A DNA stretch of 64,000 bases. Origin: Lama glama. Its lineage: Eukaryota. The position numbers were made by a program, and so were the translations under genes. The stretch is taken from contig CM052837.1 in NCBI GenBank assembly GCA_028534125.1, forward strand, positions 36,394,001 to 36,458,000, read 5' to 3'. Positions 12,601 through 25,669 of this stretch are shown in pieces (positions within the stretch are counted from its first letter, which is position 1; every line of letters starts with the position of its first letter). Under the pieces are notes generated by a model, which had not been told where the DNA came from, searched no databases, and worked only from the letters and a program-made list of their open reading frames with translations.

Positions 12601-13534
12601 CCTCTCTCTACGGCCCTTTAAAACCAAGATTCTCATGGACTATGTCCCTGTGACAGTTCTCTTTAGAACATTTAATTGTGCTGCACTGCTGTGTGTCAGA
12701 ACTTTGTTTCTTGCAGTACATATAACTGATAGAGTTTCATTTTTTGTGAGTGTGAATGTTTATAAAACCAGTTTATTTCTGCTAAAATAAAGGAGTAATT
12801 CTCCATCTGGTTGAGATTTTGCCAAAATACCTCACCTGCTGCTGGTTCCTTGGTTCTTAGTGAAGTCCTTGAAGCTCATTGTTTGAGAAGGGTGAGCTGG
12901 TGGAGCAGGGGTGATGACGGATGGACAGCTGTGCAGTTTGAAACGTGAGGTTGTAGTTCTGAAACCAGTTCTGAGCGAACTTAATGCAGTAAAGCTTACA
13001 GCCGTCAAGCGTGCGTTTAGGGCATCCCCTTCTCCTCCCAAGTGCATCCCGAGTGGTCAGGCTCTTGGTTAACGTTTTGATGAACAGTGTTATTTCAATG
13101 TTTAAGTGCCGTCTGTCCTCCGTGCTGGGGCCTCTTATTCACGCCCTTCAGGAAATGCTAGCAAATAAGTCTTGGATATGTCCTTACAATTGGCTGGACC
13201 TTTAAAATCTTGTTACATTCAGCTAATTACAAAAGTGACATTTCTTTTTTTGGTGGGGAAGTTTTTGAAACATTTTATGTACTCTTACACTGCCTTCAGA
13301 CAGGGAGTTAGCTGTCTGTTGCAAACAATTTCTTTGGTACTCCTGTGAAAAGCCAAGGCCCCCTCCTTGCCTAGGACTTTGGCTGAGGCGGACGTGAGGT
13401 GGGCAGGGCTTGTGTCTTTGAGCGAAAGCAGCGGTGAGGGTCCTGAGGTGACCCGTGTGTCCCACTGTGGAGTTTACAGATCTTTCTGGAGGTGGCCTGG
13501 GGCTCTCGGGTTCTGGCCCCGGTCTCTCTACCTT

Positions 13535-13656
13535 TGATGGGAGGAAAGTTACTTGTCTGCTCCTGCCTCCAGGGTCTTGGCCTGTAAAATGAGTTATGAT
13601 GAGGAATATATGTGAAAAGGTAGTGGAGAGCGTGCGGTACTGTAATAGGTGCTCAG
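13535..13656 (+). mobile_element. MIR SINE fragment
   Basis: aagttactt...ctgtaaaatgag...gtaataggtgctca. Confidence 0.55.
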
Positions 13657-16600
13657 GACACCGTCAGACCTGACCTGAGAGCACTGAAATTGACCCCACC
13701 TGACCATGTCGCAGACGCACGTGGTGTCGAAGAGCAGCCGAGGGAGTCTTTGGTAGGTGGGTCGCAGTTCTCTAGAAGTGAGCTGCAATAACGCTGTTAA
13801 GTTGTGACTCCTCAAGGGAGCTGGTGTTTATAAAAAGACCCTTGGCCCAGAGGGGACCCGCTGGGCCTCAGCTGAGGGTTTAGGACGACAGGCCGACCGT
13901 GGGGCGGGGTTTAGTGCTGGAGCTCGGTACACTTTAAGGGTGATTTATTGAGATTGAAGGGAAGTTAGTATTTGAACGTGACGGATTATTTACAAATACT
14001 TAAATTCTGAGAATTTTTAGTATTTTAGGTTCTAGCTTGGCACTCTAAGTGCAGTTTCCATGCACAGTGATTAAGTTGTGTCTCTGCTGCACGTTTACCT
14101 CGTCTGAGTGTTTTTGCTGACAAAGACCCGGCGTGTGTCGCCGCCGGGTCGCCGCTGGTTGGAAGTGTCGTGTGGACGTCGGCCCGGCCCTGCAGCTCTC
14201 TGTCGCGCGCCCGTGATGAGATGGTCACTCCGACGTGTCCACAAGCTTTGTGGTGCTTATTTCCTTTTCTTTCCAAATTCAGAGAAGAGCTCAGGGTCAC
14301 TTGGCAGAATTTTGAAGCATCCCCGTCTTTCCACGGAATCTCCTGCAGGTAGAAGCGCCGTCTGGCCCGTGGCGCAAGCGGGGCCCATGGTTGGGCAGCG
14401 TGGAGGCCTGGGAATGCTGCCTCGCATTTGCGCATCTCTCTCTGCTTTCTCTCTTCATCGGCGGGGACACTTGCAGGATTTACCTGAGACACAAACTCCA
14501 GTGTCAGTGCTGGCAGGGGGCCCCGAGCCGGGGGCTGGGTGGGGGCCGCACGCGGCTGAGGGCTGCGGGCCGGCACGCTCTCCTGGACGTCAGCCCCGGG
14601 TCTCCCCGCACCCCCGGGTGCTGGGGTCACCTCAGCTGTGGCGGTGGTCTGCGTGGCTCTGGCTCGGACAGGCCCGTCTGACCTCTGGGCTGGTCCCTGT
14701 ACCAGAGGAGCTGGACCCCCCGCCCCCACAGGGCCCAGAGGAGCGCTTGTTCCGGGCTGGTGCGGGGAGCCTGGGGGGCCCGGCGTGAGGAGAGTCTGTC
14801 GGGAAGTCGTGCTGAGCCCAGATTCTGCACAGGACAGTGGCGGCCGTGGGGGCGGAGCTGTGTTTCCCTGAAAGAGGGAGAGGCCGACCGAGAGAAAAGA
14901 GCAGCTGTGACCTGGTGCCAGTGCCCTCGTGCCTGGCTGGGCAGTGACTTCCACTGTTGTCCTAAGACCAGGGCAAGCATATGATTTGATGGCCCAACTG
15001 GGAACTTGGGAGAGTGGGAAGGAGCACCGCGAAGAACCCAGTCATGGCAGACGTGACCCGGGGCCCGGGGCCACCTTATTAGGCGCCATGGAGGAGGGGT
15101 AGGACCAGAGCCGTCTTGTCCTGATGCAGACAGGTCAGGCACCAAGTGCCCCTGTTCCCGAGAGACCCTGACCACGGGGACGTCCCAGCACTGGCGGGAG
15201 TGGGCAGGTCTCCGGGAGGGAGGAGGTCGGGGGTCTCCCGGGCCCGTGCAGCTCCCGGCACAGCCTTAGGGTCTGTGTCTGAGCTGGTGCACTTTGGGCT
15301 GAACACGGAGGTATCTCTGGGTGTTAGGGTGTTTGAACCTGGCTTCTCACCAGAAGTACCTGTGGAACTTTGTAGAAAGTGTGGGTTTGAGGCCTGGCCT
15401 CAGGTCTCCTGGACCCAGGCTCCTGCGGGCCCCGGGCTGTGTGCAGTGCGCTCCCATGAGTCCCATGTGGCTGGTGTGCTTGCCGGAGCTTGGGACCCAC
15501 TGCGGGTTGTAACCTATTTTGGATCAAGGACCCCTGGTAGAGAACTGAATGAAGAGTCTGAGTCATCTTCCTGAGGACAAAAATGAACAGCAATAGAGTT
15601 TTGCAATTTTCTCCTTTTTAGGGTTATGGTGTAGAAATGTGTGGATTTCCCTGACCTTGGTTTAAGCACCCACACTCCTTAGTGCTCAGGAAGTGTGGCT
15701 GGGAGTGACGCCGGCATGATGAATTTGTCAGCAGGTAAAACCGGTTAGGAGCCTGGGCAGGTGGCACTTGGGCAAGAGGCGGTGGGGAGGAGGCAAGCAG
15801 GAGAAGGGGCGAGGACGTCAGCCTGGATGCGGCGCAGTGGAGACGGCATCTGAAGCATCCTGCCCCACCATGCATGTGCCGTCATCGGCGGGGCCGCCCG
15901 GGTTCTCCAGCTGCCACACCGTCCCAGCCCTTGGTCCTACTTGTCAGAGATGGACATGCCGCAGGGAGGGGCCCATGGATGTCTGATTTCTCTGGCATGG
16001 CTGCCGCTCTGTGGTTTTCTGGGAACACGGCCCTGTGGAGTGTGGACGGAGCCCACCCTCCTGATCTAGAACTTTCTCCCCCTACCCTCGGACTGCATTT
16101 AAACTGCTCCACTTTACTCCCTGTTACAGAAAGAGGAGGGTGATGCAAACAAACGTGTTTGCCCAGAAGAGCATCCCTTCGCCTCGGCCCTCCGCTGGAT
16201 TCCAGAGCTCCTCCCAGCACGGGGTGTGTTTTGGGTCTCACCGTTGCGTCGTGGGCACTGTGGTGCAGGGGAGGCACGGGACCCGAGGGACCGTGTTGTG
16301 GATGGGGTCGGGGTCTGGGACGGGGCTCTAGGCTCCTGCTTGCGGAGCCCCAGAAGGAAGTGTGGCTCCAGCGGCCACTCCCGTGGCCGGGCTGGTTTGC
16401 CCTGTGCCTGCCCTTCTGGGCCGCCCTGTCGGGGTGGGGAATGGTAAACAGTGGGCGACTAGTGTGGCTGTTTACATAGCAGGAGAGGTTCATTTACCTA
16501 CCTCAAGTCTGGAAACTCAGTTTCTTGCCTGAACCCCAAGCCAAACCGGCCAGTTCGCATGCTGACAGGTAAGCCTGCTCGCTGGCGAGGATGGGGCAGG

Positions 16601-18714
16601 GGGCTTCTCAGGCTGGGCCTCCTGGGGGCCCACGCCGACACGCAGCCCTCAGTGAGGACCCTTTCAGGCCCCTGCGGCATCGGGCAGCCCTGCAGACGGC
16701 CGAGCCCGGTAAAGCTGCATAGACAGAAAACGCACACCTGCCTGTTCTGCCCTCAGAGCGGCTCTGATGGGGCCTCAGGCGCGACTGGACGGGACCAGAT
16801 TTCTCTCGAGTCTAAGGAACCAGTGTCCCAGAGGCCACTCTCGCCCCCACCCCCGGCCACCGGGACACGCGTGTGAACGGCTGCCCTGCGGGGCAGGCAC
16901 CTAGAAGGCGTGCACAAGGCTTTGTTGCGGATGGAGTTGGGGGTGTTCATTTGGTTCGCCCGCTAGGCATTTACAGTTACAGGAATGCGAAGGCCGGACC
17001 TTTCCTCAGCAATTGGCAAGACACACATTTCAGTGAGTGCAAGTCAGGAGAACCAGGTGGTTTTAGAAATAAGAATAGAGAGTGGGTTTGGCCTGACGTG
17101 TGCTTGGGCCCCCGGTTGGTCTGTGGAAGGCCGGCTCTGCCTGCTCTGCCTGTGGCTGCCTCCCTCCGTTTGGGGGGCCCCTGGAGCTTCCTAGAGCCCC
17201 TCGGGTGTCCCCGCCCAGTGGGGCCCTAGAGCACCCTGTCTGGGGTGGACGCCACCCACCACCTGGTCCGCGTAAGTGGAGGAATTCAGCCAGTCAGCAC
17301 TGCAGCGCCAGCCTCCGCGGAAGCCGCGCTGCGAGTGATCCGAGCCACCTGTGGCCTGGGGCCTCTGCAGGTTAGAGTGCTTCCAGCGTGGCTCGGGGTT
17401 CTGCAGTGCGACTCTCAAATCTGACTTTGGAAACAGACTCAACTTTTTTTTTTTTTTAAAAAAAACAAGAAGCTGGGCTCTTTCCCCGAGTAAGACAAGG
17501 ATCTTGAGGCCTCTAGGTGGCAGGTGGGCTCCCTTGGCTAAGCAGGGGTCTCAAGACAAAAACACTGAAAAATCGGTGACCACAAAGACATTGTGGCCAG
17601 GAAGCGCCGTCCATCCATGGTGGCACTGTGGTGCGGAGTTGGGTGCGGCCTCCAGGATGCCCCAGGACTGGTGGGCCCGGGCCTCCCGCCTTTCTCGGGG
17701 AGCTCTGTCCGCCCTTCTCTCCAGCCGGCTTTGCCCCAGGGTGTAGTCCCATCACCCAGCCGCCTCGGTTTCACTTTCCCCATTAAATGTGCCCGTCCCA
17801 TCCCTCGGTTCTTCAATTCCTCCTGATACCAGTGGTTTTCACACTCACAAGTGACGTGATTCCACGTTCTTGGTGGGCACTGCGGGGAACAGCTGTGTGC
17901 TCCAGTAACGTTTAAGCATCTCTGTCCCGTCTTTCTGGGATCTGACAGGCCCCTCTGGGGATGAGGCCGGATTGGACCCTGCCAGGCTGCTCCCAGGGAA
18001 GAAGAGCCCTGTGGGGGAGTGGCAGTGCCTTGCGTTTGTTCCGTCGCTGGCTGGCCTTGTGCCCACCGCTGCTGTGCTGCCGTCGCCGTGTGCGCACTTG
18101 TCTGTTTCTGGGAAGGGTTTGGCCTTGACTTTAAGAGCTGCGGGGCAGTGAGAGCCTGGCGGATGGACTGTGCTGTTGAGGGGTGCAGGGGGTTGGGGGA
18201 GTGTGGTGGCTTCTGTTTCTGACTTGTGTCTGACAGAAACCCAGTTTCATGCGTCCGGTGGCTTGAGAAGGTGTCCGGACAGTGTCGCCTGCCTCTGGGC
18301 CGAGGCCCTCAGCAGGTCTCACCTGCAGTGCCCGTGGGGCGCCTGCTCCCTGGGGAGGGGGCGGGACCAGGCCTCGTGGCGTCTTCTCTCTGTGGGTTTC
18401 CTGGCTGGTTCTTCCCCATCCCCTCCCTCAGTTTCCCAACCCGCCTCGCCCCCTGGGCGGCTGCCCTCGTAGCTCTGCGGTCCTGGTCTCCCTCGGCCAC
18501 CTCGCCCTTGCTGGTGGGAGCGAGCTGGAACGTTGATGCTGCTTTCCTTCACCTGGCAGGGGGCGAAGCACCGCCGAGGCTGGGGTGTCGTGTGGGTTTG
18601 GGGCCGGGGGAGCTTGTCCTCTCCGGCCAGTGACGGCGAGTTTGGCACCAGCACACTGAGCTCCGTGCGCAGCTGTTTGTTTCTTATTTGTCCTACTTGC
18701 TGATGTAATTTTTT

Positions 18715-21700
18715 CTAATTTTAAAAATTGTGGTAAAATACATGTAACATGAAGTTTGCCGTCTTGACCATTTTAAGCGCGCAGTTCAGTGGTAGTCTAC
18801 ACGTTTGTCCGCCCCTGTAGCCCCTTCCACCTGGTGAAGCGGAAGCCTTTGCCGTGAAACACCGAGTGCCCGAGTCCCCTCCTTCCGCCCCGACACCGCC
18901 GTCTGCTCTCGGTGTCTGCGAATGTGGCTTCTCCAGGGACTGAATGTAAGTGGAGTCGCACAGTATTTGTCTTTTTGTATCTGACTTATTTCATTGGTCA
19001 TGATATCCTCAAGGTTCATCTGTGCGAGTAACAGGATTTCCTTCTGTTTTAAGGCTGGATAACATTCTACTGTATGTCTGGACCACATTTTGCTCATGTG
19101 TTTTTCTACGGATGGACACTTGGGTTGCTTCCAAGTTTTAAGCTCTTGTGAACGATGCTGCCGTGAACATGGGTATATAAATGTCTCTTCGAGACCTTGC
19201 TTTTGGTTCTTTTGGGTAGATACCCAGAAGTGGAATTGCTGGATCATATGGTAATTCTGTTTTTAATTTTTTGATGATCCGCCATACCATTTGCCACAGC
19301 GGCTGTGCCGTTTGACCTTCTTACCAGAGGTGCCCAGGGGTTCCTGTTTCTCTGCATCCTCACCCAGACTTCTTACTTTCTGTTCTCTTGACAGCAGCCA
19401 TCCTGATGGGTGTGAGGTGGTCTCTCATGATAGTTTTGCTCTGCAGCTCCCTGGTGATGAGTGAGTTGAGCATCTTTTCATGTGCTTATTGGCCGTTGGT
19501 TTATCTTCTCTGCTGAAACGTTTGTTCAAGTCTTTTGCCCATTTTTGAATCAGGTTGGTTTTTTTCTAATAATTGAGTTTTTGGAGTTCTCTATATATTC
19601 AGAATATTAATCTTGTATGTATGTAATGTATGATTTGCAAATATTTTCTCCCATTCTGAGGTTGCCTTTGTACTCTGTGGATAGTGTCGGAGGCACAAAT
19701 TTTGAAAATTTTCATGAAGCTCAATTTTTCTAACTTTCTTTAATTACCTCTGCTTTTAGTGTCTTATCCAGTGAACCACTGCCAAGTCCAGAGTTGTGAA
19801 CGCTTGCCCTGTGTTTTCTTCTAAGAGTTATATAGTTTTAAGTCTTACATTTAGGTCCTTGATCCATTCTGAGTTAGTTTTTATATGTGCTGTCAGATAG
19901 GACCCAGCTTCTTTCTTTTGCACCCGGATATCCAGTTTCCCAGCCCCACTTGTTGAAAAGACAGTCCTTTCCTTCTTGAATGGCCTGGGCACCCTTCTGA
20001 AAAGTCACTTGCCCGTACATGTGGGAGCTGACTTCTGGGCTCTCTGGGCTGCCTGTCTGTCTGTGTGCCTGCGCCGCACTCTCTGATCGCTGTAGGTTTG
20101 TGGTAAGTTTTGAAATCAGGGAGTGGGAGTCTTCTGGCCTTGTTCTCCTTTTCTCAAGATTGTTTTGCCCCTTCCAGGGCCGTTGAGAGTCCATGTGAAT
20201 TTTAGAATGGGGTGTTCTGTCTATGCAAAAAGCACCTTTGGGGCTTTGATGGGGATCGTATTGAATCTGTAGATTGCTTAGAGCAGTACTGACATCTTCA
20301 TATTCAGTCTTCCAACCTATGAACCTGGGGTGTGTTTCCCTTGCTTATGTCTTCTTTGGTTTCTTCCAGTAATGTCTTACGGTTTCCAGTCTTTCACCAC
20401 CTCGGTTAATCCCTAAGTATTTTATTCTTTTAGATGTTGTTGTGAGTGGAATTGTTTGGAATCCCCTCTTCAGGTTGCTCGTTGTTAGTGCATGGAAACG
20501 CGGCTGCTTTCTGCGTCTCATGTTTGCGCCCTGCTGCCTTGCTGAGTTTGTTTATTCTAATGTTTTCTCTTTTTTTGGTGGAATCTTTAAGGTTTTCTCT
20601 GCATAAGATCTTATCATCTGCAAACACAGGTTTACTTCTTTCTTTCCGAATTAGGTGACTCTTATTTCTTTTTCTTGCCCAGTCGTTCAGGCTGGAACTT
20701 GCAGTGCTACAATGCATAGAGCTGAAGAAAGCGGGCATCCTCGCCGTGTTCCTCATTTCAGAGGAAAAGCTTTGCTGCTGGTTTTTCGTCTGTGGCTTTT
20801 GTTATGTTGGGTGGCCCTTCTACTACTAATTTGTCAAATGTTTCTATCACGAAAAGGCGTTGAATTTTGTCAAACGACTTTTCCGCGTCCCCTGAAATGC
20901 CCCTGTGGTTTTGATCTGTTGTGCCAACTGAGTTTCATACGTTGAGTCATCTTTGCGTTCCAGCAGTAAGCCCCGTCTGGTCATGGCGTGTGAATCCTCG
21001 TAGTGCGCTGCTGAGTGTGTTCAGTGTGTTTAGTTTGCTAGTGTTTTGTTGAGGGCTTTCTGCACCTGTGTCCGTGAGGGGGGCTGGTTTGTAGTTTCCT
21101 TTTCTTGTAATGTCGGCGTCTGGCCTTGGTGTCAGGACTGCAGTGGCCCCATTGAGTGAGTGAGGGAGTGTTTGTTTACTGTTCTTCGATTTTCTGGAAA
21201 AGTCTGAGGAGAACTGGTGTTTGTTTGTCCGTGATTGGTAGAATTCACCAGCGAAGCCACTGGGTCCAGGACTCTTCTTTGTTGCGAGGTTTCTGATTAC
21301 TGATTGGGCCGTTCGGATAGAATTCTGTTTCTCTGTGGCTTAGTCTGGCGGGTTTCGTGTCTCTGGGAGTTTGTCCATGCCACCTAGGTTATCCAGCTTT
21401 GGGGGTTGTACTTATAGTCCTTTTCATTTCAGCTGAATCAGTAGTAATGTCTCCACTTTCATTTATAATTTTAACTTTTGAATATTCTCTTTTTTTCTTA
21501 GTCCATCTGCCTGCTGCTGGTCTTTGCAGAGAACCGACTTTCGGGTTCATTGATCTTGCCTGCTTTTCCATCCGTGTGCCTGCCTGCCTTCTGCTGGCTT
21601 TGGTGTTTGTTCTTCTTCCCCGCTTCCTTCAGTTGTAGGGTCAGGTTGTTGAGTGAGATCTGTCTTATTTTTTAATGTAAGCACTGGTAGCTGTAAATTT

Positions 21701-22120
21701 TCCCCTTGGCACTGCTGTCACTGCATCCCGTGCATTTTGGTGTGGTGTGTTTTTATTGTCGTCTGTTTCTAAGGGTTTCCTGATTCCCCTTGTAATTCTT
21801 TTCTTTGCTCTGTTGGTTGTTGAAGAGCGTGTTATTTACTTCCCACAACTTTGTGAGTTTTCCAGTTTTCCTTCTTTTATTGATCTCTGACTCACTCCTT
21901 TGTGGTCAGAGAAGATGCTTTGTGTGACGTCTGGCTCTTCAGATGTCTTGAGGTATAATCTGTGGCCTCGCACGGGGCCTGTCCTGGAGAAGGTCCCACG
22001 TGCGCTTGAAGGAAGCGTGCCCTGTCGTGGGGCGGTGTGCTCCGTGCGCGTCTGTCAGACCTGCTTGGCTGATTGTGTTTCTCGAGTCCTCCGTTGCTTT
22101 ACTTCTGTCTGGTTGACACT
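18715..22120 (-). mobile_element. Decayed 5'-truncated LINE-1 (L1MB-like) in OSBPL2 intron 1
   Basis: Minus-strand fragments resemble L1 ORF2 (WKQPKCPS, MNLEDIMTNEISQIQKDKYC, FADDKIL, ESGDITTDSAEMKRTI). The 3' end attgtggtaaaataca is L1MB-type. Many frameshifts. Confidence 0.92.
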
Positions 22121-23154
22121 TGTTAATGTATATTTAAATTACTATTTATTTGTATTATTTTGAGCAGTTTATATTCAGAGTTGATATTTAACTGCAAAAG
22201 TGATTTCAGAATTTCCATATTCTGTACGTGGTGAAGACCCTGTCTAGGTCGCCATGCCCATTTGTTATAAAAAGGGAAATAACGTGCAATGCGACTCTCG
22301 AGTGAGTTGGCCCTGGAGATGAAGCTCCGGTCCCTTAGCCAGTCCTTGCTCCTAAGTGAGTAGGCCAGTTTTTCCCAGAAAACGTAAAGATGGGTTTGTC
22401 AGAATTGAGTGCAAACACTCGTGTAGGTGCTGCTGGGATGTTCGGTGTTTCGAGCTGCGTCCTGGAAGTATGGGACAGCAGTCGGAGTGGGCATCTTGAA
22501 GGGGGCAGGATGGGGCTCTGGGCGGGGCGGGCAGGCACCTTGTGTGGAACTGGAAGCGATGGGGGGGGCGTCCTGGGCTGGTGTCTCCCGAGGAGGCTGG
22601 GAGGGAGCACTCCCTGCAGTTGGACGGGGGAGCCCCGCACAGGGGTGGGGTCGGGGGTGAGCCCCTGCCTGCCCGCCCCTCCCTCCTTCAGCAGCCCAGG
22701 CCTGGCATTCGTTCCCGTTGGACAGACGAGATCACTGTTGCTCTGTGTTGATGCTCTGCAGTGGTGGGTGGTTTTACTCCAAAATGAAGAGTGCGTGTGG
22801 CAGCTGAGGCGACCCCCCAGGAATCACCTGCCGGCCGTGTGCAGCTCACCCGGAGCCTGCGGGCGCGCAGTCTGGCGGCTGCCGTGGGGGTTTTGGCCTC
22901 GACCTCGGGGCGCGGGGGGCGTGAAGGGCGCGGCCTCCCCGAACGGGGCTCAGGCGCTCGGTGGGGGCCCGGGCAGCGACGCCAGGGCCGCGTCCGGGTC
23001 GCGGTCCCACTTGTCAGCCAAGTCTGTCTTCAGTGTTGGTCCAGCCCGACATCTTACACCCTCATTTTAGAGACTTACTGTGTGTCTTGATTCATTTACT
23101 TTTCACGGCAGTGTTTTTGTCGTGGGTGAGGACAGGTATGAGGAAGGAAAATAC

Positions 23155-24400
23155 TGTGACTTTTAACACGCCTTTCATTGTGGGGGATCTTAAACGTACA
23201 GAAAAGCGGGTGGAATAGCGCACTGGTCCCTGCGAGCCCATTTCCAGCCTCACCCATTCACCAGCTCGTGGCCCGGCTCATCCCGCGAGTCGCCCTGTCA
23301 CCCTCCGCAGTCACTGTGAGGAGAATCCTGGCCGCGGCACTGCCTCCCCGTGCGTATTCCAGCGTGTAGCTCTGAAAGGTGAGGGCTCTTCTGAAAAACA
23401 CAGTTAGGACACACAGTAAATTGCAGGTGTTCAAAGTGTGAGTTTGGACATGTGCGCATCCACAGAAATGATGGGATGTCCCTTCTCCTCCGTTGTGCTG
23501 CTTCCTTCCTCATTTATTTCTTGAAGAACCCAGGTCTTGTCCTGTCTCATGTTGCTGATTGTTCCCCCAGGGGCAGTTGGACATGAGTTAACATGACCTG
23601 GGCACCCCCGCGGGACTACCAGCTCCTCCAGCCTCGTGACCTACCCCCACCCCCCGCCATGTGCTCTTTCTCCTTTGTGACTTAGTGGTTGAAGACACTG
23701 GGTTTTGCCCTGTAGACTTTCCCAGGGTCCTGTCTTGTCAGCATGTCCCAGTGGTAGAGTTGAACACATTCCTCTGTCCTCTGTGTTCCTTGAGCTGGGG
23801 TTCCAGTTGGCGGAGGGCCAGATTGTGGCTTGCTTTTCTGGGCAGGACCCCTTCGGAGGAGGTGGGCTGCACCCCCCCCCCCGCCTGGCACACAGAGTGC
23901 ACCCGGGTCTTGTGGTGGCACAGCCAAGGGTGGTGGGTGCCCAGATGCGGAACTTGGTCAGTGCTGTGCACTGCAACCCGCATGCTCCCTGGTTCCTGCA
24001 TCGGTGGGCAGGATGGTTTTATAAGGCAGCCCGCCCGCCTCCGCTCCGTGGCCTGTACAGAGACCTGCACAGAAAGGCAGCTTGAAGGCGTGATGCATTC
24101 CTGTTGTATCTAGGTTTCCAAAAGAGTGTGTTGGCATCGTCCATTGGTGACCAGTTAATTTTTTTCCACATCTCTGAACTCAGGGACTTAAGCATGTGGG
24201 ACATTTGGTCCCTGGCAGGTTGTGGTGCTCAGATAGGTTGCAGTGGGAGCCTCTGTAGGTTCGTCTCAGCCTTTTGCCCTGACACTGGTGGTCCTGACAG
24301 CTTCCTGCTGCCTCGAGGGGGGGTCCCAGCCCTGGATTCAGCCTTTCTCCTCCAGGGAGCCCTGGTTCCTTTCGGGGGCTTCTAGAGGCAAAGTGTGTAG
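23155..24400 (-). mobile_element. Old L1 3' region (L1MC4-like), heavily decayed
   Basis: tttcattgtgg...aaacgtacagaaaag... is a typical antisense L1MC 3' end; boundaries are uncertain. Confidence 0.5.
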
Positions 24401-25632
24401 CTGGATGTTGTAGATGGGACCTGTCGTGTCAGAGAGGACTCAGACGTAAGTAATAACACCTTCTTTAATTTGCAAAAAGAAAAGAATAGAAAAACCCAAA
24501 GCAAAAAACCCAAGCTGAGGACTAGGAAATGAGACTTTGTACGGCGCGCCCAGAGGCTGCGTGTGTGTCTGGCTCTGCTGGGCTGGCTGAGGAGGTGGGG
24601 GAGACGGGGAACTCGGAGAGCCTTCCCAGGGAGGAGGAGCGGTGTCACCGAGTGCCAGTTGTCGTGTGATGGAGACGGGGCCACGTGCTTAGGACGGAGC
24701 CCAGAGACAGCGATGTGCAGGCGTCACCGAGCACCATGCGGCCACTCCGAGGACAGGGCACATGCCCCTCGGGGCCGCCTGCTCCTCACTGCCCTCCGAA
24801 GGGCGTGGAGAGCTCTGGCCCCCTTGATACGTCGCTCACACAATTAAGTATCATAAAAAGACCTTTTGGGACAAGGTGACCTTTTGCTTCAATCTCTTGC
24901 CATTTCTGAACTATTGCTCTTCGTGGTGGGAGGAGTTCCTATGCATGAGTTCTACTAAAATACTGAGCTAAAATAATTTTGAGAAAATTTGAGTTGATTA
25001 CAGTTTATGCTGTAACAGCTAACTTACACAGCGGTCCTAATTCTCTAGGGTTGAAAATTGGTTTAAGGTCTATGTGAAATAAGTGTTTTAACATAAATTT
25101 GCATTTATTAGTAACCACTTGTTCCAGCTTCTGGTAGATTTGCAGTGACCTTCAAGTGACCTTCAGCAAAAGCTCCTGAGGAGTGCGGGGGCCCCGGCGT
25201 GTGGACGCCGCCCTGTGGCTCAGCCGCCTCTTGAGCCACCCATGCGACTCCCCAGATGGGTCGTACCGTCGTTTTGTTCCGCTGTGGACAGTGGCCCTTT
25301 AGACGACGGTGGTGTGTTGACCGCTGCTCGCTGATGGACACAAATATCGCGCCTGTTTCCTCTCATAGGAGAGCATTCATTTCACCTCTTTGCTCGGGTG
25401 TAATCGAGATTGACTTCAGAAATGGTGAATGAGTATTTTTAAATATTTCGAATCTGTAAAACTTCTGAAAGTTAATTACACCAGAATGTCTTTCCTCTCA
25501 TAGGTCTCCAGTGCCCATCGGATTTTTACCCTCAAAATAGCGCGACGTTTCTCGTACTATTGACGTAGGTCCAGTACAATGATTCAGTAGACGCCCACGG
25601 ATCAGGCGGCGGGGGAGCCTGGCTGCTGAAGG

Positions 25633-25669
25633 ATGAACGGTGAGGAGGAATTCTTTGACGCCGTCACAG
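25633..25669 (+). CDS. OSBPL2: OSBPL2 exon 2 coding part (exon starts at 25504); FFAT motif
   Basis: ATG AAC GGT GAG GAG GAA TTC TTT GAC GCC GTC ACA G|gtgagt = MNGEEEFFDAVT. Acceptor tttcctctcatag ends at 25503. Confidence 0.96.

Noticed and set aside
14025-14954. 309-aa antisense ORF in OSBPL2 intron 1
   Set aside because: GC-rich low-information composition, a non-ATG start, and no splice or homology support.
17444-17465. T14-A8 inverted homopolymer
   Set aside because: No associated element body or target-site duplication; it looks like simple slippage.
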